The position numbers and the translations under genes were made by a program. This document shows, in pieces, positions 35,493-50,500 of a stretch of DNA of 64,000 nt; position 1 is the first letter of the stretch; each line of letters begins with the position of its first letter. The DNA is taken from positions 26,288,001 to 26,352,000 of the forward strand of contig NC_092347.1 of NCBI RefSeq assembly GCF_963676685.1, read 5' to 3'. The notes beneath the pieces are model-generated. The model made no database searches. It saw only the letters and a program-made list of their open reading frames with translations, and had not been told where the DNA came from. The DNA is from Mytilus edulis. Its lineage: Eukaryota.

Positions 35493-36402
35493 ATCTGTAA
35501 ACAAAATTCGCTATGTTAGTAATCAGCTTTTAAACAGTAAAATACTGTTTGCGAGACTTGCAAATGCTATATTCCCTCGGAGATAACAACAACAAAAAAC
35601 CGTATGTGGAATGATGTATACTAGTATACAATTCAGTTTAGATATAGCATTCCGAGAAATCAGTCGGACTAAAACCGCCCCTAACTTTTTCAATTACGTA
35701 AATAGTGGGAGCTGGCTTTAGTCAGACTGCTAAAAAGTTGTCATCGAATTTTTGAACTATTACAAAACATAAAAGAATATTTAATTTGTAGAAAATGCAC
35801 GAGTGTTTCGTCTGTATTGTAAATGTTGTAGTCACGAGTCGTTCCGAATTGACAAATTAATCACATCTTAAATTCATTATTTCTCGCGTCCTGACACATC
35901 TGCGCTTGTAAAATGACTCGTGAGACATGGCAATTGTAGCAGTGTCTCTCTGGAACAAAAATAAATATATAAACGCCATCCATTAGGTGTGCTTGCGGAG
36001 TATCATTTATGTCAGTTGCTGCAGAGTGGTGGCTTACTGTACCAGGGATTCTGGTTCTAAGCTAGTATGGTGCAGTGGTCATATTTAAAACAAATCCTGC
36101 TACTCGATTGATTTTTTTCGTATGCATTAATTTGGAGGAAAATTAACTACACCTTTCTTTTAACAATAATTGTAATTATTTTATCGCGCATAGCTTTAAA
36201 TTTGCGACTACCGTAAAGCAAGGGGCTTATATTATATCTCATTTTTAGTTAGTAGCCATTAATATTACCACATATAGGTATTTAGTAATAGGGTACCAAA
36301 ATTAATTGAACAGATGAATATTTCTACTCTTATTATAATGCTCTTCTCCTATCCCAATGATTTTCACATTAACATGCTATGTCTGTTTAGATTGATTACC
36401 CA

Positions 36403-37654
36403 TTTTTATACGACCGCAAATTTTTTTGAGGGGTTCCTATAATGCTATGATGTCGTCGTCGTCGTCCGATGACACATTTGGTTTCCGGACAAAAAATTTA
36501 GTTTAAGTTAATGGATCTCTATAAAATTTTACAAAAAGGTTCAATACCACATAAGGAAGATTGAAGTTGATTTAAGGGGTTAAGGTACCAACAATTTATG
36601 AATTAAGGGTAAAAAAACAAGCATTGTTTAAGTCTCTGGACAATAACTTGTGCACACATGTCAGTGTATGGATCTCTCGGACATTGTACCACAATGTTCC
36701 ATATCACAAAAAGAAGGTTGGGATTGAATTTGTGGGTAGAATTAGGGATAAAAAGGGATCCAAAAACAAGATTTTTTTCTAGTTCCCAGACAATAACTTG
36801 TGTTTAAGTGTGGATCTCTCTAAAATTGTACCACAATGTTCCATACTACAAAGGGAAGTCTGGGATTGAGTTTGGGGGTAATTGCTCAAAGGGGGTCAAC
36901 ACGTTTTTAGGGGGATGTTTTGTTCAGGGATTCAATTTTTTTTAAAGTTTCAAAACGAAATCTTCAATTTCAAAGTATAGCGCAATGAATTTTTAATAAC
37001 TTTGACCACATTTATTTTTTGTGACTGAAACTTATAATTATGTTAACAAGAATGTGTCCAAAGTACACGGATGCCCCACTCGCACTATCATTTTCCATGT
37101 TCAATGGACCGTGAAATTGGGTAAAAAATATAATTAGGCATTAAAATTAGAAAGATAATATCATAGGGAACATGTGTACTAAGTTTAAAGTTGATTGGAC
37201 TTCAACTTCATCAAAAACTACCTTGACCAAAAACTTTAACCTGAAACTCGCACTTTCATTTTCTATGTTCAGTGGACCGTAAAATTGGGGTCAAAAGTTT
37301 AATTTGGCTTTAAAATTAGAAAGATCATATCATAAGGAACATGTGTACTAAGTTTCAAGTTGATTGGACTTTAACTTCATCAAAAACTACCTTGACCAAA
37401 AACTTTAACCTGAAGCGGGACAGACGGACGAACGAACGGACGAACGGACGAACAGACGGACGGACGAACGGACGAACGGACGCACAGACCAGAAAACATA
37501 ATGCCCCTCTACTATCGTAGGTGGGGCATAAAAATTTGATAACAATCCAAATTCAAACGGTATTAGAAGCTTGACTATTGTGTCTAAATTTGCCCCAATT
37601 GTTCAGGGTACGAACTCTGCGGTCGTATGAGGCTGCGCTCAGCGAAATTTTATT
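36403..37654. mobile_element. Non-autonomous Helentron/DINE-1-like element (outer of a nested pair)
   Basis: Subterminal inverted repeats TATACGACCGCA / TGCGGTCGTAT, (GTC)n microsatellite, internal degenerate tandem cores, T-rich ends. Confidence 0.65.
37045..37533. mobile_element. Non-autonomous Helentron/pearl-like element nested in the previous one
   Basis: Two ~169-bp core repeats (37078-37414), (GGAC/GAAC)n microsatellite, terminal hairpin ATGCCCC..TAC tatc GTAG..GGGGCAT. Confidence 0.75.
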
Positions 37655-37829
37655 GTTAATATAAAGGAACTTTAAACAACCGTCATACAAGTGGAATGTT
37701 AAGCTAGCTATACAACTAGGTTTAACCTATTATTTCATCGGAAAAATGCCTGTCATAAGTCAGATTTATTGCAAGTGTTTTGCACTTGTCCCGTCGAGAA
37801 TCATATAATTCTAACTCTTACCGGTATAT

Positions 37830-38125
37830 TTAACATTGCCATAAAGCGCGAAGGTTGGCTAGCCACAAAACCGGATTGAACCCACCATTTTTCTTAAATT
37901 GGCCTGCACCAAGTCAGGGATATGACAGTTTTTATCTAATAGTTCGTTTCTTTGTATGTTGCATTGTCTTTTGTGTTTGTTGCACTTCAGTGTTCTGTTG
38001 TTGTTTCGTTGTTTTACTCTTATAGTTGATGTGTTTCCCTCAGTTGAAGTTTTAAACCCGGAATTTTTCTCTTTGACGATTTATGACTTTTGAACAGCGG
38101 TATGCTACTGTTGCCTTTATTTGAT
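37830..38125 (+). repeat. Dispersed repeat family (CCAGGTTCAACCCACCATTTT...CCTGTACCAAGTCAGGAATATGACAGTT)
   Basis: Related copies near 7400-7520, 44010-44300, 45615-45910 and 47860-48110. Confidence 0.7.
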
Positions 38126-38598
38126 GGACTTCCCATTTGTATTTGGATTTGCATTGGCGTTCGGTACTGATATTATGGTAAACATTTTTTTAAAGAATAA
38201 TATCTTTTAATTGAGTTCTCCTAATGCACGCCAATAAGGTGAACATTATCTTGTAATAATCTTATTGAGTTACTACCACTACTGGTTTGCAGTTTACATG
38301 GTATCGTCACTGGGTTTGAACTGACTTTATAGGAAATATTTAATGTGCGTTGTAGATCATGGGTATAGTGTTAATTTTGATGGAAATAAGAGCAAACCTT
38401 CTTGGTGGTTAAAGTGGTCTTTTAAAATTAGCTTGTGTTACAATTCAATAGCTTATTTAGTTTCCAAAGGTAAAGATTCATAGGTGTACAATGTATTTGG
38501 TTTGGGTTATTCAAGAAAAAACACTTTGCATTCACAAACTGCTCAATATGTTTTACATTGTCGACATTTTATCATTTGATTTTTAGTTAGTTTACAAG

Positions 38599-41500
38599 TC
38601 AAACCTGACCATCATTTAAAAATTCAAATATACTTCCTATTGATGGAAGATCAGCATCAGACTTTTTAGTTTGGATTCTAGCACATGAAGTGTCTCTACA
38701 TGTATTCTCTACAATTTTCATATGTACTGAAGCCTCAATATCGTAATGAACAACATTACTTGTGAGACCAGTATTTGTTACAGATGGTCTGTTGTGGGAG
38801 AAGTCAGTGCATGCATACTTAGATCCTTGGTTTTGGACTAAGCCAGTATAATCACAATTCATTGATACTTTGATACTAGCAGAAGGTCTTTTAACACCTA
38901 CACGTGTTATATCTTGCTCATTGCAGCGTGTGATTTCTGGTTTGATCCACGGACCGACGGGAAATTTTACCTCCTGTGGATAATAATTGGAAGATGCATG
39001 AAAAACTGTTTGTGGCTGGTACCCATCATACTGTAAATGTGTACCGGGATAATGCTTCTGATAGACAGTGGACGGGTCATTGTGACAGTAACCATAATTA
39101 TTCATGAGCGTGGCAGAATGGTAGGATGGTGGACTAATATTTGTATACAGATTCCCGACTGGAGAATTTCTTTGATCTGTCCAAATAGGATTGGAACAAT
39201 TCCGTGGATAATCTCCGACATGTTCTGTTTTGATTGTCACCCCATTTATACACTCGGGTATCGTTTCGGGAGAAATTTGATTATAAGAATGAAATTGCGG
39301 GTTAACTGGGGTTGGATGATACTGATAATTTGGTGAACTACATGCAAAATCTTGCAAAACTGGTTGATTGAACATCTGTTGACGACGTTTGAACTCTTGA
39401 AACTGTATCTGTTTTTCTCTTTGGGTGATCTTATGAGCGACATGTGTAGACGGCAACACAGGTGAGTGACGATCCGTCATAGAATGCCAGCTTGACGGAC
39501 ACGGATCAAGAGAATTATAAAATGTCATGGATAGATCTTCAGTAAAACCCATATGAGGAGTACAGAACGATCCTATTTTTGAAGTGCCCTGTTGATCTTC
39601 ATGGAAGGTATCATCAGTCTCACCAGAACAAGGAGCATACGAGCTACCGAACTGAATGAAATAGAGAAGATCGTTCATAGCATAGCGTTGACGTAATGTT
39701 GATTCCTGTTGAAGAAATGTACTATCTTCTTCCCTAAAATAAAGTAAGAAACTAATTGAGGTAAAGTTTGTCTATGTCATCTCTTAGTTCAGATACAGTT
39801 AATTTCATCCTGTATCTTTTTCTCTTTGACTAACATTTACGTTTTATAACTACTGGTTCTTTGGAGTTTTTTGTTGTCGAAGTGCGGTTGGTGCCAATAT
39901 GTTTATCCTGACGAGTGTATTATACATGTCACCCACGGATTTTATGTATTAATTTATGTCAACTGTTTCTTGCACATGTCTTGTTTCTCTTGATTTATCC
40001 CGTTTTTGTACTGTCCTATATTATGTGCGTTTCGATTTTTGCTATTGTTTAATACTATGGTTTTGTTTAGAGTTGTTTTGTCTGGTGACATTGTAAAACG
40101 CTAGATTTAACTATCATTTGGTTTTCCCTAATGTCGAATAAAATTCAGTCCGACTAATTAAGCCGTCAAGTTAAATATCAAGAACATAGCCAAATTAGTA
40201 GCTGATACATCTGGCTGCCTTACAGATTAGTTCCTGTTGTAGGTATGAATCTTTATTTATCAGCTGGTATTCGTGTAGGTAAATAAACTCATCATAGATA
40301 CTAATTTGTTTGTCCTGACGATTAAAACGAATTTGCATGTAACTGGTATTTTTTTTTGCCCATAAGGAAAATGCTTCTATCAGTCAGTTTCTGCAACAAG
40401 TATATTTACTTACCTTACAGGACAATGTGTAAACACAATAGAAAACTTCTTGGAATTTTTACAAATGACTTTCCCGCGTGAATGCAGCCACACCCAACTT
40501 CCTTCCTTAGACTCCATTCGAAAATACATTGTTTGTACCTCTGTACTTTCAGTTACTAGAAAAAAATAAGTAAACAATTTTAACCAGTACACATTAAACA
40601 TACTCAATGATCAAGCTTACCATCGCTACACTAGAAAATTACCCGAAAACAATATACAATTCCTCCCCTCAAACGTGTCAAATCTCAAATCATGTCCATT
40701 TTTAAAACGACCAAACAAATAAATATCTGTGACAGGATATTCATTAATTGTGTAAATTGTTTTTGAAAGCGTATGCAGACAAGTATGTGATAGTGATATC
40801 ATCAATTTTCTACTCAGGTATTGTCTGACTTAGCCTTATTTGGCACAAATTTTATTATTTTCGATTTTAATCCTCTTTACCTTCAAAGTTGATTTGGTCT
40901 TTTCCGATTGGTTTTAATTCGAACGTCTTCTGTACGAAAAATACGCGTCTGTTCTGTAAAATTATAAACCTGCATCTTTGATGAGTTTAACAACCACTTG
41001 GTTGATGTAATTGATGATGAACATTTTGCTGAGGTTACAACCATCCCAGTTGACTTGTCATTGATAAATTCATTTTACTGTAAAATTACTGTTCGTTGCT
41101 TTTATTCAAACAACATGCTTTGGGTTTTTTAAGTGTAGTTTACTTATAGTCCCACCTACTCCCCCAACAAACCTACTAGCTTTAATGTAAATAAATGTCA
41201 ATGGGGAGGTAAAAGTTGGTACTTGAAATCAAAAGGTAGATGCACCAAGTGTATCAACAATTAAGTGGGCCTTCTCATAACTATTTTATTCGAGATAGGG
41301 TTTGTTCATAAGTCAACTGTATATCGTGTATATTTTAATCCTTGCATCAAACTGTAACTTATTTCTATATCAAAACAACAGTGCAACAGAATGAACTCAA
41401 GCACGTAAACTTGACATTGTAAGTTTTGTAAGGAAGATGAATACCTAAATACGTACATGTTTTGTGACAAGCTGCAAATGTAGCTAAATCCTCTGGATGG

Positions 41501-44500
41501 ACAAACTGATAAAATGACTTTTCCTTCAGATCGTCGTCCCCATACCCAATCATTTCTTCTGACCTGAAACATAATAAACGCTATTTCAAACTTGCTTTTA
41601 ACTTTATATTGCATTATTTTATTTATTATAAAAGACTAAAAGTAACATAATTTCGATTTTGTTTTCGTATTTAGGTTGTTTTCCGTTTGATAAGCAATTA
41701 CTTAAAGTTATTCCCAAACTGAATACATTATAATCTCACTCTGTATATCATATACTTTTGAAATGAGTTTCATTATCCTTTTTATATTCGTTTCATATTA
41801 CCTTATGGCTTAAAAGAAGGTTCAAAAGCTGTTAGTGCTTTCAAAATTTCTAAACAAATAACACATTTACTTACTTTTTATCAAATTCCTTTATTGTAAG
41901 TCCCATATCATGTTTACTCCAGAAAACATTCTGTTTGAAATCCTCAACAATATCGCTTCCGGTCAACATGAATGGTTGGCAATAAAGTAAAACAACGTCT
42001 GGGCTAGACTTCGATTGGTTACTGTCATTAGGTCTTTGGATAGAGCCCGAGCAATGAATTTTCTGAAATTATAAGTTGGCTTATGTTAAATTAATTCTTT
42101 GAAAAGAAAACCGAGATGTTAAATAAAGATATGAAGTTAATCAGTTTACTGGAAACAAAAACGATTGGTAGAATTCTTCTAAATGAATCAACTTGTGTTA
42201 TGGAGACCGAGTGAAGTGATTTGTACCAACGATCATGAAGCTGCACATATTACCAGGGTAGGTATTTGAAAAGTTAATAAGCGGCGACAATTCAACTTCA
42301 AATTGTCCAGAAATCTAATAGAAATCCATTTGTGTACTCATAAAGGTATAACGAAATAAGAGATCAATATTTTGATTTGATATGATAGTCCAGATGTCTC
42401 AATGTTGTGTCTCAAGCTTTAATCTTAAATCTGTCAATAAAGGTGTGTACGAGTTTGGGATTAATTCATTTAAAATGCATTAAATTCCATCAACATTTTC
42501 AAAGTTATACAATTTTTTTAAATTATTTTATTGCATGTGAAGGGAGGTTTAACATATGATATCATTGTTATGTAAATAAGCTACATGTTACGTAACAAGT
42601 CAACTAGAAATCTAACTCCTATTCATCTTTTATTTTTCAAAAGATTTTCCTGTTTTCCTGACAATCGAATTTGCTCAATATTATAACATCCAACCTTCAT
42701 CCCCACATGCAAAGGTGAAGTTGGACGAATATTCCAAGGATATGTAAAGTTTCTTCTTTAAAAAAATCCAATCCTCTTTTTTAGGATCTCATTTAGACTT
42801 TCGATTAGATTCGATTGAAGGAGGGTTGTCATCATTCATTCAAATATAATTGAAATCCGACACAATATATTTCAAGACGTCTGACAACAGCAGTGTGTCG
42901 AAATTAGTTGTTTTTAGTATTGTATCTTCAAGTAAACTTCAAATACACCAAAAAAACTTGCTTGTATTTTTAGATATGCAATTTAGGAAAGTTAAACTTT
43001 TGATCTTTCATCTTTTCTCCGAGTATAAAGAAAAACATGACATTCCTCCAGTACAATAATCTTTCTCGAATGAAAAATTAAAAAGAAGGAAAAAAACTTA
43101 TCAATGATAACAGGCTTATACTTTATAGTGCGCTAGACACCTTCAATAATCAAAAGCATAAACTGCACTTAAATTTAGATAAGTAAAGTCAACTTTATTC
43201 TTCAAATATGCACATACCAGATAGCCAGCAGATGTTCCATTGAAACATTTCATTCGACATATAAATGATACTTGTCTCCAATTACACCCAGGGTGTTGCT
43301 GAAATTATACACATATAAATAAGTTAAACAGTAAACACGCAAAATGGTGTAGATATGAACAACCATGTCAACTGATAAATTGGTAGAACTTTTTATAATA
43401 GTATATATAACCAATTGTTATAACTTTAAGTTCATTATTCAAGTGATCAAACTCAACTTGAAGGCCACATGATACAGTTACTGAAAGCTTATCCAAAGCA
43501 CAGTTTTAACTTATAAATAATAGTTATCAAAAGTACCAGGATTATAATTTTATAAATAAACGAGGTTCTCCTAGACAAAATGTAAATCGCATAAACAGTA
43601 CTTGATAATTTTCATTTAGGGGATAGGGTCTAGATAGGTAAAGGGTGACGTTTTTGCGTAAAGGTTTAATCCGACTTGGTGTTGCGAATGTACCAAGTCG
43701 GGTTTATCTGGATCGTACATGTTATTCGTTAATATATTTTCCGTTGTTCGTGCTTCTGTCGGAGTAGTTTTTAGAACTTGGTTGTCTGATGTGTAATGTT
43801 GTACTGTTTTGTATTTTTTTATATCTTTTTATATCATATATTTTTTGATATCCTATGTTGTTTGTTGTTGATGGAATATGTTCGTTGTTGTTCTGCAGTT
43901 TACATCTTGTATCGACTATTATATTATTTGTTTGTATGTTTCTCTGTTATAAATGTTCTTGTGTGTGTTTGTGTTGTATTTCTGTCACGTAGTGTTTAAG
44001 CGATATTTTTTTAAACATTGTCATAAATCGGGAGGTTAGCCAAGCCATTATACCAGGTTCAACCCATCATTTATTGTTAAAATGTCCTGTACCAAGTAAG
44101 GAATATGACAGTTGTTATCAAATAGTTCGTTTCTATGTGTGTTGGTGTTGGTGTTTGTTTTTGTTTCACTTCGATGTTTCTGATGTTCCTTTGTTTTCTT
44201 TTTACAGTTGACGTGTTTCCCTCGGTTTTGATTGTAAGCTGGATTTTTTTTCTCAATCGATTTACGACTTTTGAACACCGGTATACTACTGTTGCCTTTA
44301 TCTATACATCATGAATTTTCATCCAAACACATCATAAAATATAGCACTGTCCATGTAAAAACACTCATTATAAATACCAGGATTGCTTATAGAAGAAATT
44401 AAGCTGGTGTCAACAGCATTATCTAATTTCTTGAGATGCTCTCATTTTTGTTGTTATTGAGTAGTTCTTTTTAGTCTATTCGATGTTTTTCCTATAGACC

Positions 44501-47500
44501 ATGGTTTGAGATTTCTCTTTTGGATATAGATTCTGATAATCATCGTTCTAGTTTTTCACTTTATAATACAGAGAAAAGCATGCACTGGCTTAACCTGAGT
44601 TTGATTTTCAAAACTCATATTTTAACAGACACTGATAAAGGAGCTAGATTTTACACAAAGAGGCAGGCTTAATTTCAATAATGAAATCCAGATATGAATT
44701 CCAATAGTTCTGAAAATCTTATTCCACAGAAAAAATATTTTGTAGTGGCTCGTGTTGTTAATTAATAGTTTTCTTTTCCGTTTAAAGAATATTATCACTT
44801 ATAGTATGCCTTTGTTCATATTAAATGACCAGATCAAAACATTGATGATTGATCAAGATTTGAACTGCCTCTTGTTTCCTAAGATACAATATTTATAGCA
44901 AATAATCATACCTTTGTCACATCCTTTATGTAACTATTTTCTAAGATGTTTTTCAAGTCTTGATGATCTTCAGGGTGAACTAATCCATACAAACAACGAT
45001 GCATCAGATCCACCTGTACATGTTAAATAATTAGTATGCATTATATTTGAAAGTGGCGTATTACTTCTATAACTTCATAGTTTATGTCGCCATAATTGGA
45101 GTTTTTAGTAAAAATATCAAAGGAATTAGTTTTATATTCATAAGTTTGATTCCATTTGATGCTTTAAAATTTTTTAATAACCAAACAGTAAAATATATTT
45201 TCAATTTATAAATAATAATTGGAGCATGAGTTTTTGTGACACTCCCTTGATATAGTCTTAACTCCAACCTTAAAACAAATCAGCTTGATAAAACTTGCAT
45301 TTTATTAACCAATTTTGCAATTTAATATTAATACAGAACGGATAAATAGAAATAGTTAAACTTTAAATTATCTAAAACAAAACAATAAAAAGAAATGCGA
45401 AAATTGTATTTTATTTAAAAACTAACCTGGTTAAAACCTAAATATTGTAATACGTTATCTGTAGAGTAAACTATAGTACCATCTGCAAAGGCCGCCAACA
45501 GAAAACCATCCAAACACTGTACAGTATTAAAGAAAACAATGAAATATTTATAGACACATCATTAATAAAACCGGTTTACATCTTTGTATAAAATAAGTTA
45601 AGTAACATTCTTTGATTCGTTGACTGCTGTGTCCCTATTTTTGACATTTTTACCTATTGTGTCTCTTTGTTTTGTTCACACATCGTTCTCAGTATAATGC
45701 GATGCAACTGTCACAAAAGTGAGAGGTTTAGCTAGCTATAAAACCAGGTTCAATTCATCACTTTTTACTAAATAAAATGTCTATACCAAGTAAGGAATAT
45801 AACAGGTGTTATACATTCGTTTGATGTGTTTGAGCTTTTGATTTTGCCATTTGATTAGAAACTTTCATTTTTGAATTTTCTCGAAGTTCAGTATTTTTGT
45901 GATTTTACTTTTTTTCACAATGAAAAGTGTGTACTTTTGTTTTCATTTAATGTAGGACAATGTCCATTTGAAAAGTTCGATAGCTATGATTGGCTTATAA
46001 ATTTAAAATAAAATGAAGACCTGCAATGACATTGAGCTAAGTAGCCACACATAATTTAAATTAAAAAAAATCATGTTTTTGTGTTTCATTTGATTTTCTA
46101 TATTCCGTGTGTTTTCGTTATTTACAACTATTGGTTCGATTTATTGAAATGTTGATGGTACAAAGATTTAAAACCATTCTCTATCAAAACCTTTTTTTGT
46201 AATAAAGAAAAAATATAGATGTATTTTTTTACTAACTTGAAGCACTTGTTTTCCTCCAACATTCCCAAGTGAATCATCTTTAGTTGTTGTTTCATTATCT
46301 GATAATTGTTGTTGCTTCAAGCCAATGACTAAACAAAATAATTAATGATGCATTAAATTTTGGTGATGTGTTTGGTTAAGAATATTTTAATGTGATAGTG
46401 ACCTGCAACTACGTATTCTCTATATAGAAGTTGAGAAAACCTAAACGCTGAGGGAAGTGTGTCTTCAATTTGTTCATTCTTTGATATATAAATAGATTTA
46501 AGGGTTTTTCAGAATACAGAGATTTTAACATTTATATTAGAAAGAGTTCGATTTTAATACGGATTTCCTGGATTCATCTCATACATTTACTATGGTCATA
46601 TGTTGCTTCTTGAAACACAGTGTGCATTGACTACGGACGGTTGAATAACAAAACACTTAAAGACTCGTATCCAATGCTCAGACAGATTATCTTATTTTAC
46701 TTAACATCTTTTTAATACTCAAAATTTACTTTGCATCTTTTTTAAAGTGTGTTATGAATTTTTAAATTGATGCATTTAGTATGTGCAGTTATACTATCAA
46801 TCAACTTGAAAGTACGTTGATGATTAATCATTATTTTTCGAAGGCTGTTTTTTTTTTTTCAATATTTGAAACATTTGCGCCCATTTTACATGACAACGTA
46901 ACTTTGATTTTGAGACATCCATAAAGGATTGTATAGTTATCAAAGCAGAAGAATTAAAATTCATTAGACCATCAAAATAATTCACCGGCAAACTAGATAA
47001 AATATATAATAAAATGAATTGTACTTACTTTTGAAGAACATCTTTAATCTGAAGAATGAGATAATAAGTCTGAATACTGTCTGACTGTCAAGTTTCCTAT
47101 GTAAGGATGATCTATCTATTGGTATTAATCCTTCTAAGCCTTTTATTTCTGTCCGAAGTTTGTCTCTGTATCGTTTGGATTTAAAACTAAAAGTAAATCA
47201 CCAATCGATGAAAAGTTTTAAAAAGTTACCTTTCTTTGATCAAGTACCAGTATATGATTCAAAATTTATAACACTTTTATGTGTGCTTTGAATTGATACA
47301 AAATTTTTATCCATGAATATATATAATAGTAAGATTAAAACGAAATTTTTCTGTTTCTCTCTCATTACATCTGTTTTATAAATGATTGGGAGTCCTACCT
47401 TATAACCAAAAAAAAGACAAGGTTGAAACTACTTTAAAAAGTATGACGGAACTTGCAGTTTGACCACTATGGCTGTGACTGAAACGGATATGGCGGAACT

Positions 47501-50500
47501 GTCAGTGTGGACGAAATGTTTTTCATTGTGTGATTTTTTTTGTCTATATTTTTGCTTTTACAACACTAAACACCACAGTGGTGTAATAGCACTAGCCCGG
47601 CATTTAATAGTTGTCGTCATGTCTAGTTTTACTCGTTGTTTTAGCATCAAATCGGGTTTCTTTCGATTGAATTGTTTCACATTTATTCATCTTGGGGTCG
47701 TTGATACCGGTTGACTATACGGTATATCTTTTTCTCATTGTTAAGTTCGTACGAACTATATGGACATTTAGTTGATAACACGTACCACGTTGATGGTAGT
47801 TGTCTTATTGGAAACCATACTATTTTTTTTATTTCTTTTTTATAATGATTAAAGTTATAAAACAATGTTGACTGCTGTACCCCTATTGTGTTTGTTTGTG
47901 TTGTTCAAATATCGTTGTCAATACAATGGAATTGTATGCGACTGGCATACAAGTGAGAGGTTTAGCTAGCTATAAAACCAGGTTTAATCCACCATTTTCT
48001 ACATAAGAAAAATCAAAATCAGGAATGTGACAGTTGTTAGTCATTCGTTAAATGTGTTTGTGCTTTAAATTTTGCCATTTGAATACGGACTTTCCTCAAT
48101 GTCCGGGTTTTTTTAAAATCTTATTTTTGAACGCTTAACACTTTGTTTTGACTGGATGAAAAGCATATGTTCTAGGTTCAGTTCCAGAGATGTTTGGTGA
48201 TTCTAATTGGTCAAATCCCCAATTCATCACCAACTTTCTAGAAAATCTTCGAACTTTATAATAATTAAATTTATGATTAAGTGTCAAAATAGGTTACATA
48301 TGATTTCTTTAAAGAGATATAAAGAAGAATCGAGATACTGTCGATATGTTATCCAGTTAAAAATTACTATATCAGAGAAAGACCAACAATATGAAAATAG
48401 AAAAATGTCATGTCATATAAGATATGATCAGTGTCGTCGCAAAACATACTATATAAAAAGGGGCGAAAGAAACTAAACGTATTTTCAAAACTCATAAATT
48501 TACAGAAGCTAATATCGCCATTGGCAAAATAAATAAGAAAAACGACGAAAAGACAAATGTGTCCACAAAACACTAATAAGATATTAGAGACTGAGTTACA
48601 CGAAACCAACCAAAAAAAACTGTTGTTGATCTGAGGTGTTCCGGATTAGAAGGCAGACACTGTCCCATTATTGGCATTAAAGTATACCATGTGTTTGACA
48701 ACAATCGGAGTTGAGTTACATTAACACCAAACAAGAGGTATGACTAGGTCCGTCGATATGAAAAGCATTTCCTTCCATGGTCTTTCATATGATTTATCTC
48801 TTACAGCAAGTGTCACAGCCACGGTGATGATAAAACATGTAATACTGTCAAATGGACAGTACGGGAAATGTTTAATCTTTGATAAATTGAAAATGTCTAG
48901 TATGTTGAGTAACTGGGATACTACAACGGCTAATATTCGATGGGGAACGAACAATAACCTATTGTGTATTATTTTGATTTTTATTCTTATTTATCTATTA
49001 ATTAATCTATTTATTTATTTACGAGTTTTTAATTTATTTATTTACATTTATTCATTATTGATTTGTCTTTTTATTTTCATTTTGTTTTTATACCAATTTA
49101 TTGTAATTTTTGTAATCATTTATTTGGTTGATTCATTTGAAGTAAGTTTATCAAGACTTTAGACACTGCAATATAAATTCAATTTAAATTATATAAACAG
49201 GATTATACATGGAAATACTAATATTCAAAACCTTTTAGCATACTATTTACTAAAATTGTAATAATGTGTTCCTACATGTCTTCACGCTGTGTATACAGAA
49301 CTCTTGAAAATTCCTGTGTTATCTCAAGTACTCTATGTACTGTGACATACTAATCGTCTGACGGAGCTCAACTCTGGGAGAGAGAAATTAACGTTCACCA
49401 AATTTCATTCAGAATTTTTATAAATATTGTTTAAACCCCTATAACATATTGATGTCAATGCAATGACATTTTGGTTTTATCTTTTCTAACTAGGTTTGAA
49501 TTAAAACTTTTTGCATTCTTTATACGAAGTGAGATTTTTTTTTTTAAAGATAATCAAACGCCACCAAAAAAGGTAAATATTCTCCATCAAGATCTAATTT
49601 CATTGATTTCAACTAATCTCTTGTAATTGCACTGACCAGTTCCGTGAATTTGTTCAAAGATTTTTTGAAAACTGTTCTAGATTTTGGGATTTTTTTTATA
49701 AAGTCTTATCTATTAGTTGAAGACCTATTTTGACACATATATGTGTTTGGTAGTTTGTATGATTGGATTTGTATTTCATTGGTGTATTTGTTTCAAACTT
49801 TCTTACTCGTGACATATTTTGCCCAATTCTAAATTCAATGTGCTAAGTGCATGTCTTTCGTAACTGTCCGCTGAACCAACAATCTTTCACAAGAGCTTTT
49901 GAATGTCGCAAATGTAAAATATGCGCTTGGTGCCTTGTACGCGTCGAAATATGTTATAGTTTCCTCAAATTAATCATGCTGATAAAAATTCAGAGTATGG
50001 TTACTCATTTTCAACATATGTCTCCAAATGGTCAATACTAACGTTAATAGTACAAGGTAACATATGTCCAGCAAATGGTTACATATGTCCAACGTAGTTT
50101 CAAAGCCTTGAACATCCATTACTGAACCAATATCTTAACAAATTTGAACGTCCACACACTAGGTAATTGCTTTTATGTGCATGGGATGTATATATATACT
50201 GATATGGCTGTTTCCATGACTTATATTTAGTTATATATCCCCTCAATCTATGTTCTGCCTATGAGTTTGCACCTTTATGGAATGAATATCATTGAACGAT
50301 GATTTCCTTTTAACCTTATATAAATTATAATTCTTGGTAACTCACATGTGTAAAATGAAAATAGGCTAGTCTTTTAATTAAAATGTAAACTTTAGTCAAA
50401 GAAATAAAAATACGAGTGAAAACTCGTGCGTGTCAAATTACAAATCATATATTAAATAGACAAACAAAACTTTTGAGAAAATTTGAGTGGTTATGCTTAA

